DNA of 64,000 nucleotides from Thermoplasmata archaeon (GCA_020348445.1 CP070751.1:3745002-3809001), one strand, 5' to 3'; counted from the stretch's first letter, positions 37,499 to 49,026 are shown. Program-made: numbers and translations. The notes: generated by a model from the sequence alone, not told the origin.

Positions 37499-40400
37499 CT
37501 AGTTCACCTCCTTTACAGCAGCAACAACCTGTGCAATAAGTTGCTCGTCAGTGAACTGTTTAATAGAGGCTGCCTTCTCGGGACAACTTGCAGCGCATGT
37601 CCCACAGCCTTTGCAGAGCACTTCGGTTACCCTTGCTATACCATTTTCATCTTTTTCGATTGCATTGAAGGGACATATGACCACGCACGTTCCGCATCCT
37701 GAACATATATCTTCATCTATACTGGAAACCATTCCTTCAGCTTCCAAGGTTTTCTTGGAAAGTATTGTTGCGGCTCTGGAAACAGCTGCACTTGCCTGGG
37801 ATACACATTCCTCAAAGAATTTCGGTGAATGGGCAAGCCCGCATAGGAATATACCCTCTGTTGCAAATTCAACTGGACGAAGTTTCATGTGGGCTTCCAA
37901 GAAGAATTTATGTTTGGAAAGGGGCACCTTCAACATCTGTGCCAAATCAGCATTATCTGGGTGAGGGATAGTGGCTGCACTCAAAACTAAAACGTCGGGT
38001 TTGATTGTTATTTCCTCTCCTAAAAAGGGCTCCCAGATCTTCACCTCCAATCCCTTCTTATCAGCAACCTTTGGCTTGGTTTCGTCATCGTATCTTATGA
38101 ACTTGACTCCATTTTTTGCAGCCTCCTCGTAGAATACCTCGCTGAATCCATATGTTCTTATATCCTTGAATAAGACATAAACACTCGTTGCTGGATTCAT
38201 TTCCTTGACCTTCAAGGCGTTCTTCACGGCCTCGGTGCAGCATACCCTGCTGCAATATGGTCTCTCATCATTTCTGCAGCCAACGCATTGAATCATCACA
38301 ACTGTGTCTGCATCCATCTTCTTCTTTGCCAGCTTTCCTTCAAATTCCAGTTGAGTCATTACGTTGTCGTTCTCCCCGTAAAGGTACTCTTTTGGTTTGT
38401 GCTCCATCCCTCCCGTGGCAACTATCACTATACCATGCTCGATTTCCTTTTCTTCGCCATTTTGGTCGATTGTTGTCTTGAAGTTTCCGATGTAACCAGA
38501 TATATCCTTTACTGTGCTGTTTGTAAACACATGAATCTTCTTATCTGAATTTACGTTTTTAATCAATTCCTTCAGTTTTTTCTGGACATCCTTTTTTTCA
38601 CCCACCATTTCATAGTGGACCCTCTTCATGAGGCCTCCAAGTTCGTTTTCTCTTTCCACAATGAACGCCTCGAAACCTTGTTTTGAAAGCTCCTGTGCCG
38701 CTGTGATACCAGAAAGACCACCGCCTATAACAAGACCTGATGGTTTGACTTCAATTGGGACCCTTGTGAGAGGTTCTAATAATCCTGCCTTTGCCACCAC
38801 CATTCGAACCAGGTCTTTTGCCTTCTGTGTGGCTTTTGCAGGTTCATGCATGTGAACCCATGAGCATTGGTCACGAATATTTGCCATCTCGAATAAATAA
38901 GGATTCAGGCCCGCTTCTGCACACGTATTTTGGAATAAGGGTTGATGGGTTCTTGGAGTACAGGAAGCCACAATAACCCTGTTTAGATTGTTCTCTTCAA
39001 TTTTCTCTCGTATTTTTTTCTGGGTATCCTGTGAACATGTATACAAATTGTTCTCTGCATAAGCAACATTCGGTAGGGTCTTTGCATATTCCACGACACC
39101 AGGCACATCCACAACCCCGCCTATGTTGATTCCGCAGTGGCATATGAAGACACCTATGCGCGGCTCCTCACCACTTACTTCTTTTTCAGGGGGGTATTCC
39201 TTTACTGTAACCAGTTTCCCCCTCTCGGAAGCGATGACAGAAGATGCTTTAGCCGCAGCACCACTAGCCTCTGATACACTATCGGGAATGTCCTTTGGAG
39301 CCCCGAATGCTCCACCCACAAATATACCAGGTTTGGAGGTTTCCAGTGGTGAGAACAGAATGTCTGTTGAGCAAAAATCATATGGATTTAATTGTACCCC
39401 AAGTTTTTCTGAAAGGTCCTTTGCATCCTTTGGTGCCGTCATGCCAACGGCAAGGGCAACCATATCGAAGACCTCCGAGACAAGGTTACCCTTGTCTATA
39501 AAGGTCACCAGCAGATTATTTGTGATAGGATCCTCTGCAATGGATGATATTCTATTGTTTTTAACAAATCTAATGCCGTGTTCTTTTTCTGCCCTCACAT
39601 AATAATCGTCGAACTCCTTTCCAAAGGCTCTCATATCCATGAAGAATATGGTGGCTTCCAAACCTGGATTATGCTCTTGAGCAATAACAGCCTCCTTTAT
39701 CGCGAACATACAGCATACTGAAGAACAGTAGGGATTACCTATGCTTCTATCCCTGGAACCAACACATTGAACGAAGGCTATCTTCTTTACCACTTCACCG
39801 TCTGAGGGTCTTAATACTAATCCGCCAAACGGACCCGTTGCAGAAAGCATTCTCTCAAGTTCAAGGCTTGATACAACGTTTGGAAATCGACCATAACCGT
39901 ATTCTTTTCTTTTTTGAACTAAATCGAACTCGTCAAAACCAGGGGAAAGAATGATTGATCCCACTTCCAATACCTTTGTTTCGGGCTCCTGGCTGTAAAC
40001 TATGGCCCCGGCTTTGCAAAGTCTCTCACAGTTACCGCAACCAATGCAGTAATCCTTGTCTATTGAAAAAATCAGTGGTACGGCTTGGGGGTATTTGACA
40101 AATATGGCTTTGCGGACTTTTAATCCTTTATTGTATTCGTCCACCACCTCCACAGGGCATTTTTGTGTACAAATGCCGCACCCTGTACATTTGCTTTCAT
40201 CTATGAATCTCGACTTTTTGGAAACAGTGACCTTGAAATTTCCTGCTTTTCCCTCGATTTTGTCGATGGTTGAATTGGTAATCAAATCTATGTTCCTATG
40301 TCGTCCAGTTTCCACCAATTTTGGGGCCATTATACACATTGCACAGTCATTTGTTGGGAATGTTTTGTCAAGCTGGGCCATGGCTCCACCAATACTAGGA

Positions 40401-40510
40401 CTCTTGTCCACAAGATAGACTCGATATCCTGAATCCGCCAGATCCAATGAGGACTGCATCCCTGCAATACCGCCTCCGACGACCATAACTGCTCCAACAG
40501 AGTCTGTCAT
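37499..40510 (-). CDS. hdrA: HdrA-family protein, ~1000-aa tandem type
   Basis: Same motif set as 33693-36710. Confidence 0.93.
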   Translation of the reverse strand: MTDSVGAVMVVGGGIAGMQSSLDLADSGYRVYLVDKSPSIGGAMAQLDKTFPTNDCAMCIMAPKLVETGRHRNIDLITNSTIDKIEGKAGNFKVTVSKKSRFIDESKCTGCGICTQKCPVEVVDEYNKGLKVRKAIFVKYPQAVPLIFSIDKDYCIGCGNCERLCKAGAIVYSQEPETKVLEVGSIILSPGFDEFDLVQKRKEYGYGRFPNVVSSLELERMLSATGPFGGLVLRPSDGEVVKKIAFVQCVGSRDRSIGNPYCSSVCCMFAIKEAVIAQEHNPGLEATIFFMDMRAFGKEFDDYYVRAEKEHGIRFVKNNRISSIAEDPITNNLLVTFIDKGNLVSEVFDMVALAVGMTAPKDAKDLSEKLGVQLNPYDFCSTDILFSPLETSKPGIFVGGAFGAPKDIPDSVSEASGAAAKASSVIASERGKLVTVKEYPPEKEVSGEEPRIGVFICHCGINIGGVVDVPGVVEYAKTLPNVAYAENNLYTCSQDTQKKIREKIEENNLNRVIVASCTPRTHQPLFQNTCAEAGLNPYLFEMANIRDQCSWVHMHEPAKATQKAKDLVRMVVAKAGLLEPLTRVPIEVKPSGLVIGGGLSGITAAQELSKQGFEAFIVERENELGGLMKRVHYEMVGEKKDVQKKLKELIKNVNSDKKIHVFTNSTVKDISGYIGNFKTTIDQNGEEKEIEHGIVIVATGGMEHKPKEYLYGENDNVMTQLEFEGKLAKKKMDADTVVMIQCVGCRNDERPYCSRVCCTEAVKNALKVKEMNPATSVYVLFKDIRTYGFSEVFYEEAAKNGVKFIRYDDETKPKVADKKGLEVKIWEPFLGEEITIKPDVLVLSAATIPHPDNADLAQMLKVPLSKHKFFLEAHMKLRPVEFATEGIFLCGLAHSPKFFEECVSQASAAVSRAATILSKKTLEAEGMVSSIDEDICSGCGTCVVICPFNAIEKDENGIARVTEVLCKGCGTCAASCPEKAASIKQFTDEQLIAQVVAAVKEVN

Positions 40511-41292
40511 GCCTCCACCTCCTGGGTTTGAGCTAGGTACATTGGTGTTGTACCTTCGATACCCTCTAGTCTAATCAGATTCCTGTCCCTCAATGTAACG
40601 ATATGTTTAAGAATGTCCCTTGAAGGGACTTTCATCTTATCAGCAAGCCCTTTGACAGATTGTGGTTTGTCTTTAGCTAGAAGAAGGATTCTTGTACGTA
40701 CGAGCTCTTCATCGATTGCATTTTCCATCAACTCATCTATCCTTTCCTGGGGTATTTTTTCATCATAGACGTTTTCCTTTTCAACCAGAGCAAGCTCTTT
40801 GCCAACAAGTGTTCTTAACCTGAAATCTTCTACAGCGTTTCTTGCGGCATAAAGGGATTCCATGATTAGCAAATTGGGTTTCTCTCCAGCTACTGGATTT
40901 GGTCCCAAGGATCTGACCTGTTCTGTGAAATCCCTCATGGTCTTGGCAAATCTCTCACCTTCGGAGGCGGCTATCCATTCAAGGCTTAATCTCTCTGGTT
41001 CGAGACCGGACTTTGCAAGGACCTTCTTCAGCATTTTCACTCTCCTCTCAGTATGATAATTCCCCTCCATGTAATGGCAATCACCTGGGTGACATCCGCC
41101 AATGAGCACCCCGTCAGCACCTTGGATGAACATCTCGATAACAAACAGGGGATCAACCCTACCGGAGCACATCACCCTCACGATTCTGATATTGGGTGGA
41201 TACTGAAATCTGCTAACACCTGCCAAATCTGCTCCTGCGTAACTACACCAATTGCACAAGAAACCAACAATCTTCGGTTCAAATGCCTTCAT
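40507..41292 (-). CDS. mvhD: MvhD with C-terminal winged-helix-like extension
   Basis: CNWCSYAGAD, MCSGR, GCHPGDCHY; SVKGLADKMKVPSRDILKHIVTLRDRNL. Confidence 0.88.
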   Translation of the reverse strand: MKAFEPKIVGFLCNWCSYAGADLAGVSRFQYPPNIRIVRVMCSGRVDPLFVIEMFIQGADGVLIGGCHPGDCHYMEGNYHTERRVKMLKKVLAKSGLEPERLSLEWIAASEGERFAKTMRDFTEQVRSLGPNPVAGEKPNLLIMESLYAARNAVEDFRLRTLVGKELALVEKENVYDEKIPQERIDELMENAIDEELVRTRILLLAKDKPQSVKGLADKMKVPSRDILKHIVTLRDRNLIRLEGIEGTTPMYLAQTQEVEA

Positions 41293-41315
41293 CTTCTACA
41301 CCCCTATTTTTATTA

Positions 41316-41600
41316 TCACTCATCCTCCACTCCCGACATCAATCCTCTTACACAAACTGAGAAATTACATGAATCTGATCTTGCCCTCTCACAGTAATGA
41401 CATCTTAAAGTCAGAAGCACTTCTCTTACGATCCATTCCTTTGTCTCGTCATCAACATCTGGAAGGTTCTTTTTAATCTCCATAATACTTTTACTCTGTA
41501 CATCCTTCCATTTTGGTTGTGTTGATAGGTGCATTCTCTTTTTCCATGCATTCCTCATCTCTTCGATCTTCTTTTGTTCTTCTTCGTTTAATTCACTCAA
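41316..41600 (-). CDS. Uncharacterised small Cys-motif protein, paralog 1
   Basis: LLTLRCHYCERARSDSCNFSVCVRGLMSG; start overlaps the upstream hdrA stop. Confidence 0.8.
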   Translation of the reverse strand: MSELNEEEQKKIEEMRNAWKKRMHLSTQPKWKDVQSKSIMEIKKNLPDVDDETKEWIVREVLLTLRCHYCERARSDSCNFSVCVRGLMSGVEDE

Positions 41601-44600
41601 GTTGATCCCTCCTTTAGGGCAGCAATGGCCTGAGAGAGAAGTTGAATGTCGGTGAAATGTGCAATATCTATGGCCTTCTCAGGGCATGCTGCGCCACAAG
41701 TCCCGCATCCCTTGCATAGAACCTCGGCTACCTTTGCCTTCAATTCTTCCATATCAACTCTAATTGCACCATATGGACATACCATCTCGCAGGTTCCACA
41801 CCCTGTACATTTATCCTCGTTAACTGAAGATACAGTGCCTTCCACAAAGAGTTTTTCCTTGGATAGGATGGTGGCTGCTCTTGATACTGCTGCACTTGAT
41901 TGAGCAACACATTCCTCGAAGAATTTTGGTGAATGAGCAAGACCACAAAGGAATATACCTTCTGTTGCAAATTCTACTGGGCGAAGTTTCATATGTGCTT
42001 CCAAAAAGAATTTGTGCTTGCTGAGGGGGACCTTCAATATCTGTGCCAAATCTGTATTATCCGTGTGAGGGATCGTTGCTGCACTCAGAATTAATAGGTC
42101 TGGTCGAAGCACCAGGTCCTCGTTAAGGAATTGCTCTTTGATCTTTACCTCAATTCCTTTTTTATCGCTTACCTTGGGCTTTGTTTCATCATCGTATCTA
42201 ATGAACTTTATACCCTTTCTCGCTGCTTCCTCATAAAATATCTCGCTGAATCCATAGGTTCTGATGTCCTTGAATAGAACATATATGTTTGCATCTGGTT
42301 TTAATTCCTTTATGTTCAAGGCGTTTTTCACCGCCTCGGTACAGCAAACCCTGCTGCAATAAGGTCTCTCTGGCGTTCTGGAACCTACACATTGAATCAT
42401 CACTATCGTGTTTGCATCGATTTTTTGCTCTTTAGCCATTTTTTCTTCCAGCTCGAGCTGAGTTAGAACGTTTTCGTTTTTACCATAGAGGTATTCAGAG
42501 GGCTTGTACTCCTCCCCTCCAGTAGAGACTATGACGATTCCATGTTCGATTTCCTTATCTTCACCGTTATGATCTATTATTGTTTTGAAGTTGCCAATAT
42601 ATCCGGATACATCTTTTACAGTGCTATTTGTGAATACATGGATTCTTTCATCAGAATCGATGTTCATGACGATTTCTTTCAATTTCTTTTGTATGTCTTT
42701 TTGCTCGCCCATTAATTCGTGATGTATTCTCTTCATGAGTCCTCCAAGCTCATTCTCTCTCTCAACGATAAAGGCTTCATAACCTTGTTTGGATAGTTCC
42801 AAGGCTGAATTCATACCGCTTATCCCACCACCTATGACCAAGGCAGATGGTTTTACTTCAATGGGAACCTTTGGCAATGGTGAATTCAATCTTGCCTTGG
42901 TTACAGCCATTCTAACTAAATCCTTTGCTTTCTCTGTAGCGGCATCAGGTTCTCGCATATGAACCCATGAGCACTGATCACGAATATTAGCCATCTCGAA
43001 AAGATACGGATTTAATCCTGCTTCTGCCACCGTATTTTGGAACAATGGTTGATGGGTCCTTGGGGTGCAAGAAGCCACTATCACCCTATTCAGCCCATGC
43101 TCCTCGATTTTTTCTTTTATCTTTTGTTGAGTATCCTGTGAGCAGGTGTAAAGGTTATTCTCAGCATATGCTACGTTCGGCATAGTTTTTGCATACTCAA
43201 CCACATCGGGTACATCCACTACACCGCCGATGTTGATGCCACAATGACAAACAAAAACGCCTATACGAGGTTCCTCCTCACCTATCTCTCTCTCAGGCGG
43301 GTACTCCTTTACAGTTACCAATTTCCCCCGCTCAGAGGAAATAACTGACGATGCTTTTGCTGCCGCGCCACTTGCCTCTGATACACTGTCGGGAATGTCC
43401 TTTGGTGCCCCAAATGCCCCACCAACAAATATTCCTGGGCGTGAGGTCTCTAACGGGGAAAATAAAATATCTGTTGAGCAAAAATTATATTCATTCAAAT
43501 CTACATTAAGCTTCTCGCTGAGGTTCTTTGCATCTTTAGGTGCCGTCATCCCAACTGCAAGTGTTACGAGGTCGAACTCTTCTGTGACAAGTTCCCCCTC
43601 TTCGATATAGTTTATAATCAAATTATTGGTATTTGGATTTTCAGCGATTGCGGATATCCTATTGTTCTTTACGAACCTTATACCGTGCTCTTTCTCAGCT
43701 CTGATATAATAATCATCGAACTCCTTACCAAAGGCTCGCATGTCCATGAAGAATATAGTGGCTTCCAACCCAGGGTTATGTTCCTGAGCTATCACCGCCT
43801 CTTTTATTGCGAACATACAGCATACAGAGGAGCAGTATGGATTGCCAATTGATCTATCGCGGGAACCAACGCACTGGATGAACGCCATCTTCTTTGAGAC
43901 CTTTCCGTCAGAAGGTCTTAGAACCAGTCCCCCATAAGGACCTGTTGCGCTCAACATGCGCTCTAGCTCAAGACTTGATACCACATTCAGATATTTTCCA
44001 TAACCGTACTCTTTGCGTTTTTTGGTGAGGTCGAACTCATCGAAGCCTGGCGTGACGATAATAGAGCCCACCTCCAGTTGCATTTTTTCCTCGGTTTGAT
44101 CATACGCAATGGCCCCTGCTCCACAAACCTCGGAGCAGACGCCGCATCCGATACATATATCCTTATCGATAGCATACACTGACGGCACAGCTTGGGGATA
44201 CCTAACAAAAATTGCTTTTCTAAGTTTGAATCCTTTATTGTACTCATCTGGCACCTCAACGGGGCATCTTTGGGTACATATTCCACAACCCGTACATTTT
44301 GTCTCATCCACTCGTCGAGAGTGTTTTGATATAGTGACCGTAAAATGCCCTGCATCACCCACAACCTCTTCCATATCTGCGTTGGTTATCAACTTAATAT
44401 TTTGATGTCTTCCCGTCTCTACCAATTTTGGAGCCATTATACACATGGCACAATCGTTGGTAGGGAAAGTTTTATCCAATTGGGACATAGCCCCTCCGAT
44501 GGTTGGTGATTTTTCCAATAAATATACTTTAAATCCTGAATCCGCTAGATCAAGAGATGATTGCATGCCGGAAATTCCTCCTCCGATGACCAAGACCGCA

Positions 44601-44620
44601 CCAACTTTGTCGTTGCTCAT
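41597..44620 (-). CDS. hdrA: HdrA-family protein, ~1000-aa tandem type
   Basis: Same motif set as the other copies. Confidence 0.93.
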   Translation of the reverse strand: MSNDKVGAVLVIGGGISGMQSSLDLADSGFKVYLLEKSPTIGGAMSQLDKTFPTNDCAMCIMAPKLVETGRHQNIKLITNADMEEVVGDAGHFTVTISKHSRRVDETKCTGCGICTQRCPVEVPDEYNKGFKLRKAIFVRYPQAVPSVYAIDKDICIGCGVCSEVCGAGAIAYDQTEEKMQLEVGSIIVTPGFDEFDLTKKRKEYGYGKYLNVVSSLELERMLSATGPYGGLVLRPSDGKVSKKMAFIQCVGSRDRSIGNPYCSSVCCMFAIKEAVIAQEHNPGLEATIFFMDMRAFGKEFDDYYIRAEKEHGIRFVKNNRISAIAENPNTNNLIINYIEEGELVTEEFDLVTLAVGMTAPKDAKNLSEKLNVDLNEYNFCSTDILFSPLETSRPGIFVGGAFGAPKDIPDSVSEASGAAAKASSVISSERGKLVTVKEYPPEREIGEEEPRIGVFVCHCGINIGGVVDVPDVVEYAKTMPNVAYAENNLYTCSQDTQQKIKEKIEEHGLNRVIVASCTPRTHQPLFQNTVAEAGLNPYLFEMANIRDQCSWVHMREPDAATEKAKDLVRMAVTKARLNSPLPKVPIEVKPSALVIGGGISGMNSALELSKQGYEAFIVERENELGGLMKRIHHELMGEQKDIQKKLKEIVMNIDSDERIHVFTNSTVKDVSGYIGNFKTIIDHNGEDKEIEHGIVIVSTGGEEYKPSEYLYGKNENVLTQLELEEKMAKEQKIDANTIVMIQCVGSRTPERPYCSRVCCTEAVKNALNIKELKPDANIYVLFKDIRTYGFSEIFYEEAARKGIKFIRYDDETKPKVSDKKGIEVKIKEQFLNEDLVLRPDLLILSAATIPHTDNTDLAQILKVPLSKHKFFLEAHMKLRPVEFATEGIFLCGLAHSPKFFEECVAQSSAAVSRAATILSKEKLFVEGTVSSVNEDKCTGCGTCEMVCPYGAIRVDMEELKAKVAEVLCKGCGTCGAACPEKAIDIAHFTDIQLLSQAIAALKEGST

Positions 44621-44928
44621 TAATAAATCCCCCCTATTTCTCTTCCTGACATAAGTCCTCGGATACAGATTGAGAAGTTACATTGATCTGTTCTTGCCCG
44701 CTCGCAACTATGGCATCTTAAAGTTAACAAAAGTTCTCGGGTTATCTTTTTCTTTGTTTCCTCGTCGATGTCTGGGAGACTTGTTTTACAAAGTTGTATG
44801 ATCTTATTTTGTGTTTGTCCCCAACTTGGTATGGTGGATATACGGCTTTTGTAATCCCATCTGCTTCTTATTTCATCAACAGTTTTCTTATCCTTTTTGC
44901 TCAATTCGCTTTTAGTGTTCTTGGTCAC
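44620..44928 (-). CDS. Uncharacterised small Cys-motif protein, paralog 2
   Basis: LLTLRCHSCERARTDQCNFSICIRGLMSG; overlaps both neighbours. Confidence 0.8.
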   Translation of the reverse strand: MTKNTKSELSKKDKKTVDEIRSRWDYKSRISTIPSWGQTQNKIIQLCKTSLPDIDEETKKKITRELLLTLRCHSCERARTDQCNFSICIRGLMSGREIGGIY

Positions 44929-45710
44929 TTTATCCCCTCCTCTACTGCTAAATATAAAGGAGTATCATTGTCAATCCTGTCAAGCATCACCAGACCTCGG
45001 TCCCTTAACGTCACAATATGTTGTAATACTCGATTGGGGGGAAGTTCTAGGCGCTGAGCCAGTTCATCTACTGATAACGCTTCATCCCTAACTTCAAAAA
45101 TAATACTACATCTATCTAATTCATAATTGATGGCGGCGTCAAGTACGGTGTCTATTTCCTCCTGAGGAACTTTCTCATTGTATACATTTCCTTCCATAAC
45201 CAAATCCAATTCTCTTGAAACAAGTAACTTCAATCTAAAGTCCTTCACAGCATTTTTTGCTGCAAATAATGCCTTAAGAATATCAACGTTAGGTGTTGTT
45301 CCGCTAACGGGTGATGGCCCAATTTCTTTTATTTGCTTTGTGAATTCTCGGATAGTTTCTGCAAATCGTTCGCCTTCGGAAGCAGAAATCCATTCTAGTC
45401 TGAGTCGCTCCTCTTCAAACCCTATCCTCTTCAATAATTTCTTTGTCAGTTTTACCCTCTTTTCAGCAAAATAATTACCTGTTTGATAATGGCAATCTCC
45501 AAAATGACATCCACCAACAAGGATCCCATCTGCACCTTGGATGAACATTTCCAAGATAAGAGATGGTTCGACCCTACCACTACACATTACCCTTACTATC
45601 CTAAGATTTGCAGGATATTGATATCTGCTCACACCTGCCAGATCAGCACCTGCATATGAGCACCAGTTGCATAAAAATCCCAGAATTTTAGGTTCGAATT
45701 TTGTTGCCAT
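44925..45710 (-). CDS. mvhD: MvhD with C-terminal winged-helix-like extension
   Basis: MvhD motifs; SVDELAQRLELPPNRVLQHIVTLRDRGL. Confidence 0.88.
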   Translation of the reverse strand: MATKFEPKILGFLCNWCSYAGADLAGVSRYQYPANLRIVRVMCSGRVEPSLILEMFIQGADGILVGGCHFGDCHYQTGNYFAEKRVKLTKKLLKRIGFEEERLRLEWISASEGERFAETIREFTKQIKEIGPSPVSGTTPNVDILKALFAAKNAVKDFRLKLLVSRELDLVMEGNVYNEKVPQEEIDTVLDAAINYELDRCSIIFEVRDEALSVDELAQRLELPPNRVLQHIVTLRDRGLVMLDRIDNDTPLYLAVEEGIK

Positions 45711-48700
45711 TAGATCGCCTCCCTTAAAGCGGCCATGGCTTGTGCAGTAAGTTGTGTTTCAGTGTAGTTCCGAATTGTAATTGCGTTCTCTGGACATGAA
45801 CCTGCACAAATACCACAACCCTTACATAGCACTTCCATAACCTTTGCCACCAATTCCTCTTCATCTTTGCGGACAGCACCGTATGGACAAACGAACTCGC
45901 AGGTTCTGCACCCTATACACAGTTCCTCATCCACGGAGGATACCATTCCTTCGACGAATAGTTTCTCCTTCGAGAGAATTGTGGCGGCTCTTGAAACTGC
46001 TGCACTGGATTGTGAAATGCACTCATTAAAGAATTTTGGTGAATGGGCCAAACCACAAACGAAGATACCATCGGTTGCGAACTCCACAGGACGCAGTTTC
46101 ATATGTGCTTCCAAGAAGAATCCGTCTTTTGTCAATGGAACCTTTAATATCTTTGCTAAATCATAATTATCAGGATTAGGTACTGTTGCAGCGCTCAATA
46201 CCAGGTAATCTGGCTTTATAACTACATCCTCATTTAGGAAATGATCATAGACCTTAACTTCCAAGCCATTATCATCCGTAACAACGGGTTTTGTATTGTC
46301 AAAGAATCTAATGAACTGGATACCCTGTCTTGCAGCTTCCTCGTAATATATTTCCCGAAATCCATATGTTCTCATATCCTTGAACAGGACGAACACGCTG
46401 ATTTGGGGATTCTTCTCTTTGGCCTTCAACGCATTTTTTACAGCCTCGACACAGCATACCCTACTGCAATACGTTCTGATTTCATCTCTGCACCCAACAC
46501 ATTGGATCATAACAACAGTCTTGGCATTGGGATCCAATTCATTGTTATAAAGTATATTGTCGAATTCGAGCTGGGTGAGCACTTTATCATTTTTTCCGTA
46601 TAGGAACTCTTTTGGTTGGTATTCGGCACCACCTGAAGCAACGATTATTGCTCCATGTTCAATTTCCTTTTCCTCTCCATTTTGATCTAAGGTTGTGACG
46701 AAGTTACCAACGTAACCGTTTACATCCTTCACCGTTGTATTTTTATAGATTTTGATCTTATCATTTGAATTAACGTTTTCTATGGTCTTATTAAGCCATG
46801 TGGGTATATCCTCTCCTTTCAAACCATAATGCAATCTATTTACCAAACCTCCTAACTCGCTCTCCTTCTCAACAATATGGGCCTCGAAACCTTGACTTGC
46901 CAGCTCCAAAGCCGCATTCATACCTGAGATCCCACCTCCTATAACCAATGCAGATGGTTTTACATCAATGGGCACCTTGGGTAATGCAGTGCTCAATCTG
47001 GCCTTTGCTAAAGCCATTCTTACCAGATCCTTAGCCTTCTCTGTTGCTCTTTCTGGCTCTTCCATATGCACCCATGAGCATTGGTCACGAATATTGGCCA
47101 TCTCGAAAAGATAGGGATTAAGCCCACTTTCTGCCACCGTGTTTTGGAACAGGGGTCCATGGGTTCTAGGAGTGCAGCTTGCCACCATTACGCGGTTGAG
47201 GTTGTGCTCTTTGATCTTCTCTTTTATATGCTCCTGGGTATCTTGGGAACACGTGTACAGGTTCTCCTCTGCAAATATAACATTGGGCAAGGTCTTTGCA
47301 TATTCTACGACCTTAGGAACATTCACAACTCCGCCAATATTTATTCCGCAATGACAGATGAAAGCTCCAATGCGCGGTTCCTCCTCACCAACCTCTTTTT
47401 CAGGAGGATACTCCTTTACTGTTGTGAGGGTATTTCTTTGGGATGCGATTATACTGGATACTTTGGTTGCGGCACCGCTTGCCTGAGCCACGCTATCTGG
47501 AATATCCTTTGGATCCTGAAATACCCCGCAGACATATATCCCTGGTTTGTTGGTGCTTATGGGGGAGAATATTGTTGTATTGCAGAAATCGAAGTCGTTA
47601 AGTTCTATTCCCAATTTCTCTCCTAATTCATGGGCTCCCTTTGGTTTTTCCATACCCACAGAAAGAACCACCAAATCAAATTCTTCCTCCTTTAATTCCC
47701 CTCCAAAGATGTATACTATCTTCAGATTCTTTGTTTTGGGCATCTCCTCAACAGAGGAAATGCGATTGTTTGAAACAAACCTAACCTTATGCTCTTTAGC
47801 AGCCCGAATGTAATAATCGTCGAACTCCTTGCCAAAGGCACGCATGTCCATGAAGAATATAGTTGAGCTTAATTCGGGGGTATGCTCCTGGGCAATCACA
47901 GCTTCCTTTATGGCGAACATGCAGCATACTGAGGAGCAGTATGGATTGCCGATGCTTCTGTCCCTTGATCCAACACATTGTATAAAAGCGATTTTTTGGG
48001 CAACTTTTCCATCTGAAGGTCGAAGAACCACACCACCATATGGTCCTGTTGCAGAAAGCATTCTCTCCAGTTCAAGGCTTGATACGACGTTGGGAAATCT
48101 ACCGTAGCCGTACTCCCTTCGCATCGTCCTCAAATCGAACTCTTCAAAACCAGGAGAGACAATAATCGAGCCTACATTCAGATCGATTTTTTCCTGTGTT
48201 TGTGAGTATTTTATGGCTCCTGCCCTGCATTGGGTCTCACAGATTCCACAACCTATGCAATGGTCTTGGTCTATGCAATGGATAGGCGGCACAGCCTGTG
48301 GATATTTTATATAAACCGCTTTTCTGATCTTAAAGCCCCTGTTATACTCGTCTTTGACCTCCACGGGGCAGCGCTGTGTACAGAGACCACAACCTGTACA
48401 TTTGCTTTCGTCCACATATCTTGGTCTCTTATTGATGGTGACCTTGAAGTTTCCTGCTTCACCTTCCACATTCTCCACATTGGCATTGGTGATGAGCTTG
48501 ATATTCTGATGTCTTCCTGTTTCCACAAGTTTGGGAGCCATTATGCACATTGCGCAGTCATTTGTTGGGAAGGTTTTATCCAACTGGGCCATAGCACCCC
48601 CTATACTTGGAGAGTAATCAACGATATAAACATAGAATCCCGAATCAGCCAGATCCAGTGCGGATTGCATACCGGCTATTCCTCCTCCAATGACCAGTGC

Positions 48701-48721
48701 GGCTCCTATAGTTTCATCCAT
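45710..48721 (-). CDS. hdrA: HdrA-family protein, ~1000-aa tandem type
   Basis: ATG 48721 overlaps the upstream TGA after GGAGGTGAT; full motif set. Confidence 0.93.
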   Translation of the reverse strand: MDETIGAALVIGGGIAGMQSALDLADSGFYVYIVDYSPSIGGAMAQLDKTFPTNDCAMCIMAPKLVETGRHQNIKLITNANVENVEGEAGNFKVTINKRPRYVDESKCTGCGLCTQRCPVEVKDEYNRGFKIRKAVYIKYPQAVPPIHCIDQDHCIGCGICETQCRAGAIKYSQTQEKIDLNVGSIIVSPGFEEFDLRTMRREYGYGRFPNVVSSLELERMLSATGPYGGVVLRPSDGKVAQKIAFIQCVGSRDRSIGNPYCSSVCCMFAIKEAVIAQEHTPELSSTIFFMDMRAFGKEFDDYYIRAAKEHKVRFVSNNRISSVEEMPKTKNLKIVYIFGGELKEEEFDLVVLSVGMEKPKGAHELGEKLGIELNDFDFCNTTIFSPISTNKPGIYVCGVFQDPKDIPDSVAQASGAATKVSSIIASQRNTLTTVKEYPPEKEVGEEEPRIGAFICHCGINIGGVVNVPKVVEYAKTLPNVIFAEENLYTCSQDTQEHIKEKIKEHNLNRVMVASCTPRTHGPLFQNTVAESGLNPYLFEMANIRDQCSWVHMEEPERATEKAKDLVRMALAKARLSTALPKVPIDVKPSALVIGGGISGMNAALELASQGFEAHIVEKESELGGLVNRLHYGLKGEDIPTWLNKTIENVNSNDKIKIYKNTTVKDVNGYVGNFVTTLDQNGEEKEIEHGAIIVASGGAEYQPKEFLYGKNDKVLTQLEFDNILYNNELDPNAKTVVMIQCVGCRDEIRTYCSRVCCVEAVKNALKAKEKNPQISVFVLFKDMRTYGFREIYYEEAARQGIQFIRFFDNTKPVVTDDNGLEVKVYDHFLNEDVVIKPDYLVLSAATVPNPDNYDLAKILKVPLTKDGFFLEAHMKLRPVEFATDGIFVCGLAHSPKFFNECISQSSAAVSRAATILSKEKLFVEGMVSSVDEELCIGCRTCEFVCPYGAVRKDEEELVAKVMEVLCKGCGICAGSCPENAITIRNYTETQLTAQAMAALREAI

Positions 48722-49026
48722 CAGATCACCTCCTGACCAGAAAGAAGACCGCGAATACAAACTGAGAAGTTGCATTCATCGCTACGGGCTCTTTCGCAAC
48801 TGTGACATCTAAGTGTTAGAAGCATATTTCTTGTGATTTTCTTCTTTGTCTCTTCATCGATATCAGGTAACGAGCTCAGGCATTCCTGGATGATCTTTGT
48901 TTGAACCTGTCCCCATCTGGGAAGTGTGGATATTCTATCCTGGTTTCGCCATGAATCCTTTATCATCCTGACCTTAGCCTCTGAACCTTTTTTAGATGTT
49001 TTTGAAGGAGCCTTTTCTTTCTTCAT
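48721..49026 (-). CDS. Uncharacterised small Cys-motif protein, paralog 3
   Basis: LLTLRCHSCERARSDECNFSVCIRGLLSG. Confidence 0.8.
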   Translation of the reverse strand: MKKEKAPSKTSKKGSEAKVRMIKDSWRNQDRISTLPRWGQVQTKIIQECLSSLPDIDEETKKKITRNMLLTLRCHSCERARSDECNFSVCIRGLLSGQEVI